From positions 1-38,042 of the IMG/VR virus record IMGVR_UViG_3300034357_000290: a stretch of DNA of 38,042 bases. The stretch is one strand, 5' to 3'. The position numbers were made by a program, and so were the translations under genes. Numbering within the stretch: the stretch's first letter is position 1; every line of letters starts with the position of its first letter. The stretch comes from a virus (lineage: Duplodnaviria > Caudoviricetes). Below the pieces are notes generated by a model. It had not been told where the DNA came from and made no database searches. It worked only from the letters and a program-made list of their open reading frames with translations. Below, piece by piece: positions 7,750-15,732 of this stretch.

Positions 7750-7893
7750 AAATAAGGAGTTTTTGAAGGTTATGGTGGGCGATGAGAGACTGGCATTTTG
7801 TGCTGATTCCTAAGAGTTAGAGGGTTTTCTGCCCCTAACCTGCCACTTCCGGGCCATTGAAATTCCTCGCCGAATATTTTTTTGCCCCTAACC
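7709..7893 (+). repeat. Four TGCCCCTAACC repeats, probable integrase arm sites
   Basis: Exact 11-mers at 7709, 7721, 7830 and 7883, two on each side of the core. Confidence 0.8.
7773..7791 (-). other. attP: attP core matching a tRNA 3' end (tRNA-Val-like)
   Basis: Minus strand AGTCTCTCATCGCCCACCA (T-arm 3' half, acceptor stem, CCA), just downstream of int. Confidence 0.8.
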
Positions 7894-7927
7894 TTTTTGA
7901 CCCCCGCGCAATGGGGTCCGGCTGTCG

Positions 7928-7963
7928 CCTGTCAAGTGACAAGTCATGACAAGTCATGACAGG
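7928..7963. repeat. TGACAAGTCA tandem/palindromic array
   Basis: CCTGTCA-AG-TGACAAGTCA-TGACAAGTCA-TGACAGG. Confidence 0.7.
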
Positions 7964-8059
7964 CCGGTAAAGCCGCTAATTCAATTCCCTGAATTATCGG
8001 CCTCGTGAAACCGCACAAGATGGGCCGGTAAATTATTTCGTTTTGTGCGAATTACCCCC

Positions 8060-8088
8060 TTGAACATGCTCACATGTGAGCATATATC
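8060..8088 (+). promoter_or_regulatory. Promoter with perfect 18-bp palindromic operator
   Basis: TTGAAC-N17-TATATC, with ATGCTCACATGTGAGCAT (8066-8083) filling the spacer. Confidence 0.75.
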
Positions 8089-8113
8089 TGGGTCATCAAC
8101 AGGGAGCACCACA

Positions 8114-8437
8114 ATGAACCGCACCAAGATCATCGAAGCAAGCGCAGTAGACATCGACGGCAACGGCTTCTACAGCGTCGTCGCCGAGGCCAGGGACGGC
8201 CAGCGTTTCATCCTTGGTGGCTACGGCCACAAGGACGCCGACCGCGTCGCCCGCCTTGCCGCCAAGGTTCAGGCCGGTGGTTCAATCAACTCTGACCTGT
8301 GGATCGATCATTATCCGCGCTACGGCTCCGAGGCCTACGAGTTCGAAGCCCGTGAGGCTTCCTTCTACGCCGATGGAATCCGCTTCGGCGTGATCGGCGA
8401 GGCCGACGTTCCCGCTAACATCCGCACGCTGCTTTGA
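8114..8437 (+). CDS. Hypothetical protein
   Basis: 107 aa from ATG 8114, GGGAG RBS. Confidence 0.75.
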   Translation: MNRTKIIEASAVDIDGNGFYSVVAEARDGQRFILGGYGHKDADRVARLAAKVQAGGSINSDLWIDHYPRYGSEAYEFEAREASFYADGIRFGVIGEADVPANIRTLL

Positions 8438-8483
8438 GGGGCCTCGCGCCCCTCTCCCCCCTCCCCTTTTAAGGAACGCCGCC

Positions 8484-8735
8484 ATGCACAAGACCACCCT
8501 CCCCCTCCTCGCCCTGCTGGCCCTCACCGGGCCGGCAGCGGCGGGCTGCGTCGGCAGTGCCTGCGTCGACAGCGCCGGCAACGTCTTCACCGTATCGCCT
8601 GACGGCAACATCCTCGGCCTCAACGGCCAGACCGGGCAGCAGTTCACCGGCACCCAGTTCAGCAGTGGCGTGACCATCATCACGCCCACGCCGCAGGGCC
8701 TGCCGTCGCTGCCGCTGATCGGAGTGAACAAGTGA
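8484..8735 (+). CDS. Small exported beta-rich protein
   Basis: Signal peptide MHKTTLPLLALLALTGPAAA, Cys pair GCVGSAC, TAAGGA RBS. Confidence 0.75.
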   Translation: MHKTTLPLLALLALTGPAAAGCVGSACVDSAGNVFTVSPDGNILGLNGQTGQQFTGTQFSSGVTIITPTPQGLPSLPLIGVNK

Positions 8736-8902
8736 CCCCCAAGCAGTTCCAGAAGTACCTCGACAAGAACGGCCTGTCGCAGAAGAAGGCGGCCGAGCAC
8801 CTCGAGGTCTCGCGCAATACCATCTCCTACTACCTGTCGGGCAAGTGGCCGATCCCGAAGGTCTTCTCTCTGGCCCTGAAAGCACTGGAGGACGAGCTAT
8901 GA
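8732..8902 (+). CDS. XRE-family HTH regulator
   Basis: 56 aa MTPKQFQKYLDKNGLSQKKAAEHLEVSRNTISYYLSGKWPIP..., GTGA overlap. Below the ORF-track cutoff. Confidence 0.85.
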   Translation: MTPKQFQKYLDKNGLSQKKAAEHLEVSRNTISYYLSGKWPIPKVFSLALKALEDEL

Positions 8903-9132
8903 GCGACACCACCCTGAAGATCAGGCTCGAGGAGCTTGAGAAGGCTCACGCCTTCATCGCGCTGCATTACACCATGAAGGCCGCCGAGCACCTCGAGGCA
9001 TGGGCTCGCACCCACGAGGAGCTCGGCGAGAAGGAGGAGGCCCGCGGCGTCCTTCGGGCCTCCGGCTACCTGATGAAACTGGCCGACGAGCTCGGCAAGA
9101 AGGCCGACGTCGGCGTCGGCGATCTCACTTAA
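8899..9132 (+). CDS. Hypothetical helical protein
   Basis: MSDTTLKIRLEELE..., GGAGGA RBS, ATGA overlap. Confidence 0.7.
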   Translation: MSDTTLKIRLEELEKAHAFIALHYTMKAAEHLEAWARTHEELGEKEEARGVLRASGYLMKLADELGKKADVGVGDLT

Positions 9133-11617
9133 ACAGGCCGAGCTTGTACCAGCGATCAACCATCTCTTCCGTGATCTTTTGGGTCGGACCCTGCCGGCCG
9201 AAGGTGTACCAGTCATTGGAGGAGAGCGTGCCGTCAGGCTTGAGAGGCTGGCGCGCATTGTTCTTCACCCAATCCGGCATCAGGTAACCCACCGGCACAC
9301 GCCCGTCGAGCTCACCCTCTCCCCAGCCGGGATAGCTTGCCGCGTAAGTCCCGTGATCAGACGGGATGGCCTTGCCATTCGGGTCAACCTTGAAAAGCGA
9401 GCCGCCGGCCCACTGCGCGTCGTTCAGGGCGAAGTCAGGGTCGGCAATTGCAAACCGGATCGGGCCGATCTCGGGCGCACCCATGTCGAGGGCATCGCGG
9501 CCGTCAAACGCCTTCACCATGCGCGTCCGCATTTGACCGTGCGGGCCGGGGGCATTGTTCAGCAAAAGTGCTCTGGTCTTCTCGAGATTTTTATCGGTGT
9601 CAATGCCGGGGAAATCTCGAGGGTCAAAGTCATCGATGCGGGTCTTGTCGGGACCATTTGGGCCAAACTTCTCGAGGAGGAAGTCGTTGAGCCTCTTCCG
9701 CTCTGCCTTCGTCCTCTTGCCGGCCTGAATGTCCTGCAGCACCAGATCAGCCGTCGCCGCATTGTAATCAGTCGCATCAGACGCCATCGTCGTATTGATC
9801 ATAAGAGGGTCGCCGCCAGCATCGGTGATGGCCTTGCTCTTGTTGATGGCGCCAGTCGCGGCCGTGGGAGCTCCAGCCCACACAGCGCCCTCGTCAATGC
9901 GCTTCTGCTTCACAGTGAAGCGCGGGCCGCCGCCGGGCTGCGTCGGGTTCACGTTCCTGCCATTGATACCATGAACGATGCTGGTGCTCGCCATGTCACC
10001 CGGCGCCGAATAAACCGTGCGCCCAATCAGGTCTTCGGGGCGGCGCTTAACTGGCGTCTGAGATGGCACGTCCTCGACACTCTTCATCCAGTCTTCGGGC
10101 GCTGTGGCGTTCGGAGACATGATTTTAGGGTTGTTGTACTTGATGCCGCTGTAATAGTTGGCGAGCACCTTCGGCTCAACTCCGAGCCTCTTGGCCTCAT
10201 CGACGAGCGTCACGAGCCTCTTGTTGGCTGGCAAGGCAAGCAAGGCCGACAGTGACATCGCCCCAGTCAGCTCTCCCGGCCCCGGCGAGACGAGCTGGCC
10301 GAGGAAGTCCGTGGCGGTGCCCAGAGACGTCTCAGCCTCCGGCAGCTTGCCGGCGAAGTCTTCCCAAGCCTTTATCGAATCCTCTCCCCGGATCGGCAAC
10401 ATGCGGCCGGGGTTGATCACGTTGCGGAGGGTCTCGTTGTCCGAGACGCCGGCCGCGTCGAGCCCCCAGTCGGCGAGGTCGGCGAGATCGCCCGGCAGGC
10501 CCGGCAGCGCAGCCACGCCGCGGTTGATGCCGGCGACGGCCTGCGTGCCGATGTCGGCGGCCATCTTGCCTGCTGTGGGCGCGTTGACTGCCCGCATCTG
10601 GCGGTCGAAGTCGGCCCACGCCTGCGGGTCGTCGGTCGTCGGCATCGCTGGCTGCGGCTCGGCCGCCTCGGCATTGTCGAACATGGCAGAGGCACCAAGG
10701 CCGCCACCCGCCAGACCTGCGGCAATGGAATAGTTTTTCATCGCGTTGACGACGTCCGAGTGCGTCGTCTTCGTGTTTCCGGCAGTGTCCCACACATTGT
10801 GGTGGGTCAGGTGCTGGTAGAACGGCTTCAGCTCGTCAGGCATGGGCACAGCCATGTCGGCCTGACGCTTGGAGAGCCGATCAACGGCCTGATCTCCAAG
10901 CCGCTTGTTGGAGATGAACTGCTTGCTCGCAGCCGTAGGCTTGCCGGTGTGGATCGCCACCTGCCGCGCGTCGAGCGTGGGGAGGTCTCCGCGGCCCAGC
11001 AGGGAGGCCCAGAAGCCGGCCTTGGCCGGCCCGATGCCCTTGACGTCCTTGGCGAAGGAACGCCACTCAGTGGGGCTGCTAGACCCATCTGCGGCCCTCG
11101 CCACGAGCTCTGACGCCTGACCCTCGCGGCCGGGCAGGTTCTGGGCGCCCCAGCGCAGCGCGTCGGGGATGTCCTTCTCGTGCTTGCCGAAAGGCGCCAT
11201 GATCTTGACGGCATCGGCGACGGCGTCCTCGTCGACCTTACCCTTCTCGGCCGCGTTGAGGTAACGCTGGCCCATGGGCGTGCCCAGCCACTCGGAGAAG
11301 GCGCCCTCGGGGCGCACCTTGCCCATCTTGGGGTCGAGGGGCAGGCCTGCCTTGATGACGTTATTCACGTCCGTGGCCTGCCTCTGGATGCTCGAGCGGG
11401 TGATCGTGTAGGCCTTCACCAGATCGCGCGCGGTGAGTTTTTTGTCCTTTGCCTTGCCAGCCATCTCCAGCATGTACTTGCCGAAATCTTGGATGTGATC
11501 GGGCGTGCCGGTGAGGCCGAGCTCGGCCTTTACCTCACCCGGCGGCCTCCATTTCCAGTCGGAGATCGAGAGCTTCTTCTTCGGCGTCTTGCTGATGACT
11601 TTGGCGAGGCTCGGCAT
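9125..11617 (-). CDS. Multidomain (polyvalent-like) ejection-cluster protein with N-terminal HhH-GPD-like domain
   Basis: 830 aa, last late gene. VKGIGPAKAGFWASLLGRGDLPTLD motif, central Gly/Ala-rich segment, C-terminal globular domain of unknown function. Confidence 0.7.
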   Translation of the reverse strand: MPSLAKVISKTPKKKLSISDWKWRPPGEVKAELGLTGTPDHIQDFGKYMLEMAGKAKDKKLTARDLVKAYTITRSSIQRQATDVNNVIKAGLPLDPKMGKVRPEGAFSEWLGTPMGQRYLNAAEKGKVDEDAVADAVKIMAPFGKHEKDIPDALRWGAQNLPGREGQASELVARAADGSSSPTEWRSFAKDVKGIGPAKAGFWASLLGRGDLPTLDARQVAIHTGKPTAASKQFISNKRLGDQAVDRLSKRQADMAVPMPDELKPFYQHLTHHNVWDTAGNTKTTHSDVVNAMKNYSIAAGLAGGGLGASAMFDNAEAAEPQPAMPTTDDPQAWADFDRQMRAVNAPTAGKMAADIGTQAVAGINRGVAALPGLPGDLADLADWGLDAAGVSDNETLRNVINPGRMLPIRGEDSIKAWEDFAGKLPEAETSLGTATDFLGQLVSPGPGELTGAMSLSALLALPANKRLVTLVDEAKRLGVEPKVLANYYSGIKYNNPKIMSPNATAPEDWMKSVEDVPSQTPVKRRPEDLIGRTVYSAPGDMASTSIVHGINGRNVNPTQPGGGPRFTVKQKRIDEGAVWAGAPTAATGAINKSKAITDAGGDPLMINTTMASDATDYNAATADLVLQDIQAGKRTKAERKRLNDFLLEKFGPNGPDKTRIDDFDPRDFPGIDTDKNLEKTRALLLNNAPGPHGQMRTRMVKAFDGRDALDMGAPEIGPIRFAIADPDFALNDAQWAGGSLFKVDPNGKAIPSDHGTYAASYPGWGEGELDGRVPVGYLMPDWVKNNARQPLKPDGTLSSNDWYTFGRQGPTQKITEEMVDRWYKLGLFK

Positions 11618-11639
11618 TGATCAAACTCCCTTCAACTAA

Positions 11640-12281
11640 TTACCAGCCGCGCCCGCCGCCGCCTGCGCGGCCGCCGCCTGCGCTCCCCAAGCCCATCGAC
11701 CCGGCGCCGGGGTTGCCCCAGTTCTGGCCGCTGATGGCTCGGGGATCGCTGGCCTGACCGGCCCAGTTGCCGGGGCCGACATTGCCCGGCAACCGGTCCT
11801 GAATCTTAGGCTGGCCGGGGGCGAGCCTCTGAGGCTGGCTCTGGTATCGAGGATAGTCCTGCATTGGTCGCGCGCCGGTCATGTCTCCGGGGCTGTAAGC
11901 CCAGCCCGTTGCGATCGGGCTGTTGATGTTGCCGTAAGCCTTCAACCAAGCTGAAGTCGGCAGCGGCGGCGGGGACTGCGGGGGCTGTGCTCCAGTAGGC
12001 TGCGCCCGACCCTGCAGCCCGCCCATGATGCCCTGCATGGCCGCCTGGCGGGCTTGGGCGGGGTTCATGCCGTAGCCCTGCGCCATGCCGCCGGGCGGGC
12101 CGAAGGCGCTGGTGCCCTGCATCGTGGCGCCAGTCCGCAAGCCGGTGTTCTGGGTCATGCCGCCGCCGTAGCCGCCGCCGGGGTTTCCGCCACCCATGCC
12201 GCCACCGAGGCCGCCGTTAAGCCCGCCGCCGAAGCCGCCGGGGCGACCCATGTTGCTGTTGAAATCATCGCGCATTGGCAT
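11640..12281 (-). CDS. Gly/Pro/Gln-rich low-complexity protein (putative internal virion protein)
   Basis: AGGAG RBS, fills the gap in the ejection cluster. Confidence 0.6.
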   Translation of the reverse strand: MPMRDDFNSNMGRPGGFGGGLNGGLGGGMGGGNPGGGYGGGMTQNTGLRTGATMQGTSAFGPPGGMAQGYGMNPAQARQAAMQGIMGGLQGRAQPTGAQPPQSPPPLPTSAWLKAYGNINSPIATGWAYSPGDMTGARPMQDYPRYQSQPQRLAPGQPKIQDRLPGNVGPGNWAGQASDPRAISGQNWGNPGAGSMGLGSAGGGRAGGGGRGW

Positions 12282-12293
12282 TGTCGTCGTCTC

Positions 12294-13277
12294 CTATGAG
12301 AAGAGGTTGAAGAGTTTGCCCAGAATGCCGCCATCGAGGCGGGTCTGGATGTTCTGGGGGATGGCCGCGAGCTTGGCGTCGAGGCCTGGCCCGGTGTTAT
12401 TGGCGGCGCTTGCCTTGAGCTTGTCGAGGATGCCGCCCAGAGAGCTCTCAGAGGTGCCCCTGGGGCTCACGCGGGTCTTGCCGGTAGGATCGAGCCCTGC
12501 TGCCTGCAGGAGGCGCGCCTTCTGGCTCTGGTCGCCCTCCATGGCCTGCCGGGCGGCATTGCGCTGGAAGTTGCTGGGGCGCATGTCGCCGGTGCCGGAG
12601 ATCGCGGCATTCTGGATGTTGGGGTTGCGGGCCGCCACCTGCGACATGCCGCCGGAGAAGCCGCCGAGGCTGGCACCGACACCCTGCCCCTGATTGCCGG
12701 GCAGCATGGGCGAGCGGTCGTCGTAGAAGGTCTTCTCGACGCCGGGGATGAACTGGCCGCCCTCATAGCTGCCGGGCGTCCTGTAGCCCGCCATAGAGCC
12801 TCGGCCGGGGCCGGCGCTGTAGGCAGGCTTTCCGCTACCGTAGAGGGCGCTGGCATTGGCGAGGCGGTTCTCCCAGCCATGCGCGCCGGTGGGGTTCTTG
12901 AGGCTCCAGCCCTGCGGCCGCTCGTAGCCCACGAAGGCCGCCGTGGCTGCGCTGATGTCTCCGGCGCCCTTCAGGGCCTTGCCGACCCTGCTCTCGGTGC
13001 CGGTGAGCTCGTGCTGGACAAACTCCAATTGCGTCTGGAAGTCGTTCCAAGGCTTGCCCTGCTGCTTGGCAAAGTCCCGCAGAGCTCCCAGCCGCTCGCG
13101 GTTCCACTGGGCGAGGCCCATCGAGTGGTTGCCAGGGCCGGCGTCATTCTTTCGGAGGGCATTGGGATCGAGGCGCGCGTAGCTCTCCTGCTGCAGGTTG
13201 CCGACGATGGCCGCAGCCTGAGCCGGCGTCCAGCCTTGGCTCTGGAAATACTGCATTGCGAGTTGAGCGTTATCCAT
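12294..13277 (-). CDS. Virion-associated lysozyme (phage tail lysozyme-like)
   Basis: GWTPAQAAAIVGNLQQES, GLAQWNRER, QLEFVQHEL and YERP motifs. Confidence 0.85.
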   Translation of the reverse strand: MDNAQLAMQYFQSQGWTPAQAAAIVGNLQQESYARLDPNALRKNDAGPGNHSMGLAQWNRERLGALRDFAKQQGKPWNDFQTQLEFVQHELTGTESRVGKALKGAGDISAATAAFVGYERPQGWSLKNPTGAHGWENRLANASALYGSGKPAYSAGPGRGSMAGYRTPGSYEGGQFIPGVEKTFYDDRSPMLPGNQGQGVGASLGGFSGGMSQVAARNPNIQNAAISGTGDMRPSNFQRNAARQAMEGDQSQKARLLQAAGLDPTGKTRVSPRGTSESSLGGILDKLKASAANNTGPGLDAKLAAIPQNIQTRLDGGILGKLFNLFS

Positions 13278-13331
13278 CGTCGTTAATCCTTTTTCCTGAA
13301 ACCGGAAACAGTGTCGTGGTAGGAGCTGGGC

Positions 13332-13517
13332 ATGAGATTCATTGCCATCGTCTTCGCCATCTCCGTCGTCGTCGGCTTCTTCATCGCCGCCAACGTCTTC
13401 AGGCTTGGGCTCGAAGTCACGCTCGAGCGGAGCGGAGCGGTCTGGACGATCATCTCGGGCCTCTCCCTCCTGCCGCTGGCGCTCTCTCTCGCGTTCCTAG
13501 TAGATAAGCGCCGGTAG
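13332..13517 (+). CDS. Two-TM membrane protein on the opposite strand (moron)
   Basis: 61 aa, AGGAG RBS, two hydrophobic helices, basic C-terminus. Confidence 0.6.
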   Translation: MRFIAIVFAISVVVGFFIAANVFRLGLEVTLERSGAVWTIISGLSLLPLALSLAFLVDKRR

Positions 13518-15732
13518 CTGCGCTCTGCGCCGGCAGACGTGCGAGGTTTCCGGCTGTGGTGATGTTCTGCGGGTTCTGCTGCGCGATCCTCTGGAGAAGC
13601 TGCAGGAGGCCCTGCGGGTTCTGGTCGGTCAGGAAGCGCGCGATCTCACCGCCGACCCTGTCGCGGCTCTGCTGCTTGCCCTTCGCCGTCGTGTTGAAGA
13701 GCTCCTGCACCGCCGACTTGAAGGCGTTGATGCCCTCGCCCGAGGTCAGCTTGTTGTAGATGCCGTCGTCGGTGTAATCCGACAGGGTCTGCTTGAACTC
13801 CTGCCGAGCGGCCGTCTTCGAGTTGGTCGCCACGTTTGCCCGGAGCCCGAGCGATCGGCCGGCCTGATCAAGCTGCTGGAACAAAGTATCGGCCTGCGGC
13901 TGGCCGATGAGTGCCGTGACTTTCTCGCGGGAGGCGCGGCTTGAGAGATCACGCAGGGCCTGCAAGGCTTCGCGGGCGTCCATGTTCTGGTCGGTCGCCG
14001 CGAGTTTTACGTTGGCGAGCACCTCGTCGATCCTCGAGCGCACGCCCAAGGCCGCGTGGCGCCGTTCGGCCTGGCTAAAGCCTGCGAGAGTGTTCGCCAC
14101 TTCGTCGCGGGTCGTGCGGGCAGAAAGCATGCCCTCGCCAAAGCGCAGGGCGTTGCGGGCGTCGATTGCGTCAGCCGCAGTGTCGAGGGCGGTTCCATAC
14201 TCACTCACCAGCCCGCGCAGCGTCTGGCGGATGTCGCGTGAGAACTCTTGGAAGCCTGAGCCGATCGAGGTCTGACCTCCGAGGGCGCCAGCGCCGTCAT
14301 TGGTCTGCGCCACGTCGTTCATGGCGCGGGTGATGTAGTCCCACTGGCGCACGTCAGGAAGGCGCTGGGCGACAAAGCTGCCGTCACGTTGCTGCCGGAG
14401 CAGGATCTGGGCCGAGGCAGGCTCGCGGCGCACCTGCATGAGGCGGTTTGCAGCCTGCAGCACGTCGCCTGGGACCTGCCTGAACCATGCTTCAAGTTGC
14501 TGGCCTTCCGGCACCGCATAGTTGATCGGCTGGCGGTAGGCCGCGTCGTAGGTCGTGCGGCGGGCGGTCTGAGTGCCGCGGCGGATTCCGTCCTCCATGG
14601 TCTGGATGCCCTGCGGGGTGCCGAGGCCAGTGTTGAGAGCCTGATTGGTCGTCTGCAGCGTTCGACCGGCGCGGCCCTCGACCGCGTCGCGGCCGATCCG
14701 GGCACCCTCACCGCCACTCTGGATGACGCTGTCGAGGAGGCCGGTTGCCGCTGGACCGCTGTCCGCCACCATGGCGGCCGGGCCGGCCTGAGCGATGCGG
14801 CTGGCGCCCGTGGGAGGCCCCTGCCGGCCGGCACCCATGATCGTGCCGTCAGCCTCCAGAGCCCGCGACAGGAGCTCGTAGGAGGGCCTAGAAAGGCCAG
14901 CCTGCTCGGCTGTCCTGCTGATGTTGTTTCGGTCGAGTAGCCTGCGGACGCCGGCACTAAGGCCGGAGCCAATCACCGGGAGGATGCCGCCGGCACCCGC
15001 ACCCAGTGCCGTGCCGATGACTGCCCGGCTCTGGGCCTCGGACTTGCGGCTCGGCTCGTCGGTGCCTGCGCCATAGCCTGAGACATAGCCATCGGCGGCG
15101 CCACCTACGGCTCCCGCCCCTGTGCCATATAGCACTTGCATGGCGAGGCTTTCGGGCGCCCACCACGGCAGCATGCCGGCTGTTACGGCCGCGCCAGTGA
15201 GGCCGCCGCCAATCTGCAGGCCCGTCGCCGTCTTCGGGTTCTCCTTTTGGAAAGTGTCGCGGCCCTCGCGGATCGCGCGGAGGTTCGTCTGCGCGTCGTT
15301 CGGCCCAGTGACGGAGCCGAGCTTCGCCAACATCTCGTCCATCCACTCGCCAGCAAATGGCACGCCCTGCAGGAAGGTCGCCGCGGCGCTTCCCGTGGAG
15401 CCCATCTTGTCGGTGGGGTCCGAGAGCTTGCCGTAGGCGCGCTCCTGCGCCTGCTCGGGCGTCTCGCCATCGCGCGGCTGGGCGATCTTCTTGGCGAGGA
15501 AACCGACGAAGGGGTCGTCCTTCGGCAGCGAGCGGTAGGTGTCGACCATCTCCTGATGCGACATCTTCGAGACTCGCGCTGCCATGCCGGCGTCGTCGCG
15601 CTTAGGCATGGCCTGCTCGTGAGCCTGCTTCATCACCTGATCAATTGTCGCCGGGTCAGTGCCTTCGGGGAACTTGATCGTGACGTTGGTATTGGGGATC
15701 GTGACCTCGAAGAACTTCTGCTCGCCAGCCAT
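13450..15732 (-). CDS. Large DNA ejection protein
   Basis: IKFPEGTDPATI N-terminus, FLQGVPFAGEWMDE, Gly/Ala hydrophobic stretches, helical C-terminus. Confidence 0.75.
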   Translation of the reverse strand: MAGEQKFFEVTIPNTNVTIKFPEGTDPATIDQVMKQAHEQAMPKRDDAGMAARVSKMSHQEMVDTYRSLPKDDPFVGFLAKKIAQPRDGETPEQAQERAYGKLSDPTDKMGSTGSAAATFLQGVPFAGEWMDEMLAKLGSVTGPNDAQTNLRAIREGRDTFQKENPKTATGLQIGGGLTGAAVTAGMLPWWAPESLAMQVLYGTGAGAVGGAADGYVSGYGAGTDEPSRKSEAQSRAVIGTALGAGAGGILPVIGSGLSAGVRRLLDRNNISRTAEQAGLSRPSYELLSRALEADGTIMGAGRQGPPTGASRIAQAGPAAMVADSGPAATGLLDSVIQSGGEGARIGRDAVEGRAGRTLQTTNQALNTGLGTPQGIQTMEDGIRRGTQTARRTTYDAAYRQPINYAVPEGQQLEAWFRQVPGDVLQAANRLMQVRREPASAQILLRQQRDGSFVAQRLPDVRQWDYITRAMNDVAQTNDGAGALGGQTSIGSGFQEFSRDIRQTLRGLVSEYGTALDTAADAIDARNALRFGEGMLSARTTRDEVANTLAGFSQAERRHAALGVRSRIDEVLANVKLAATDQNMDAREALQALRDLSSRASREKVTALIGQPQADTLFQQLDQAGRSLGLRANVATNSKTAARQEFKQTLSDYTDDGIYNKLTSGEGINAFKSAVQELFNTTAKGKQQSRDRVGGEIARFLTDQNPQGLLQLLQRIAQQNPQNITTAGNLARLPAQSAATGAYLLGTRERAPAAGGRGPR

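Noticed and set aside
7773-7791. Phage-encoded tRNA gene
   Set aside because: Only the 3' 19 nt are present, with no D or anticodon arm. It is the attP core.
7709-7963. CRISPR mini-array
   Set aside because: Repeats are 10-11 bp with irregular spacing and there is no cas operon. The Cas4-like nuclease is a standard phage exonuclease.
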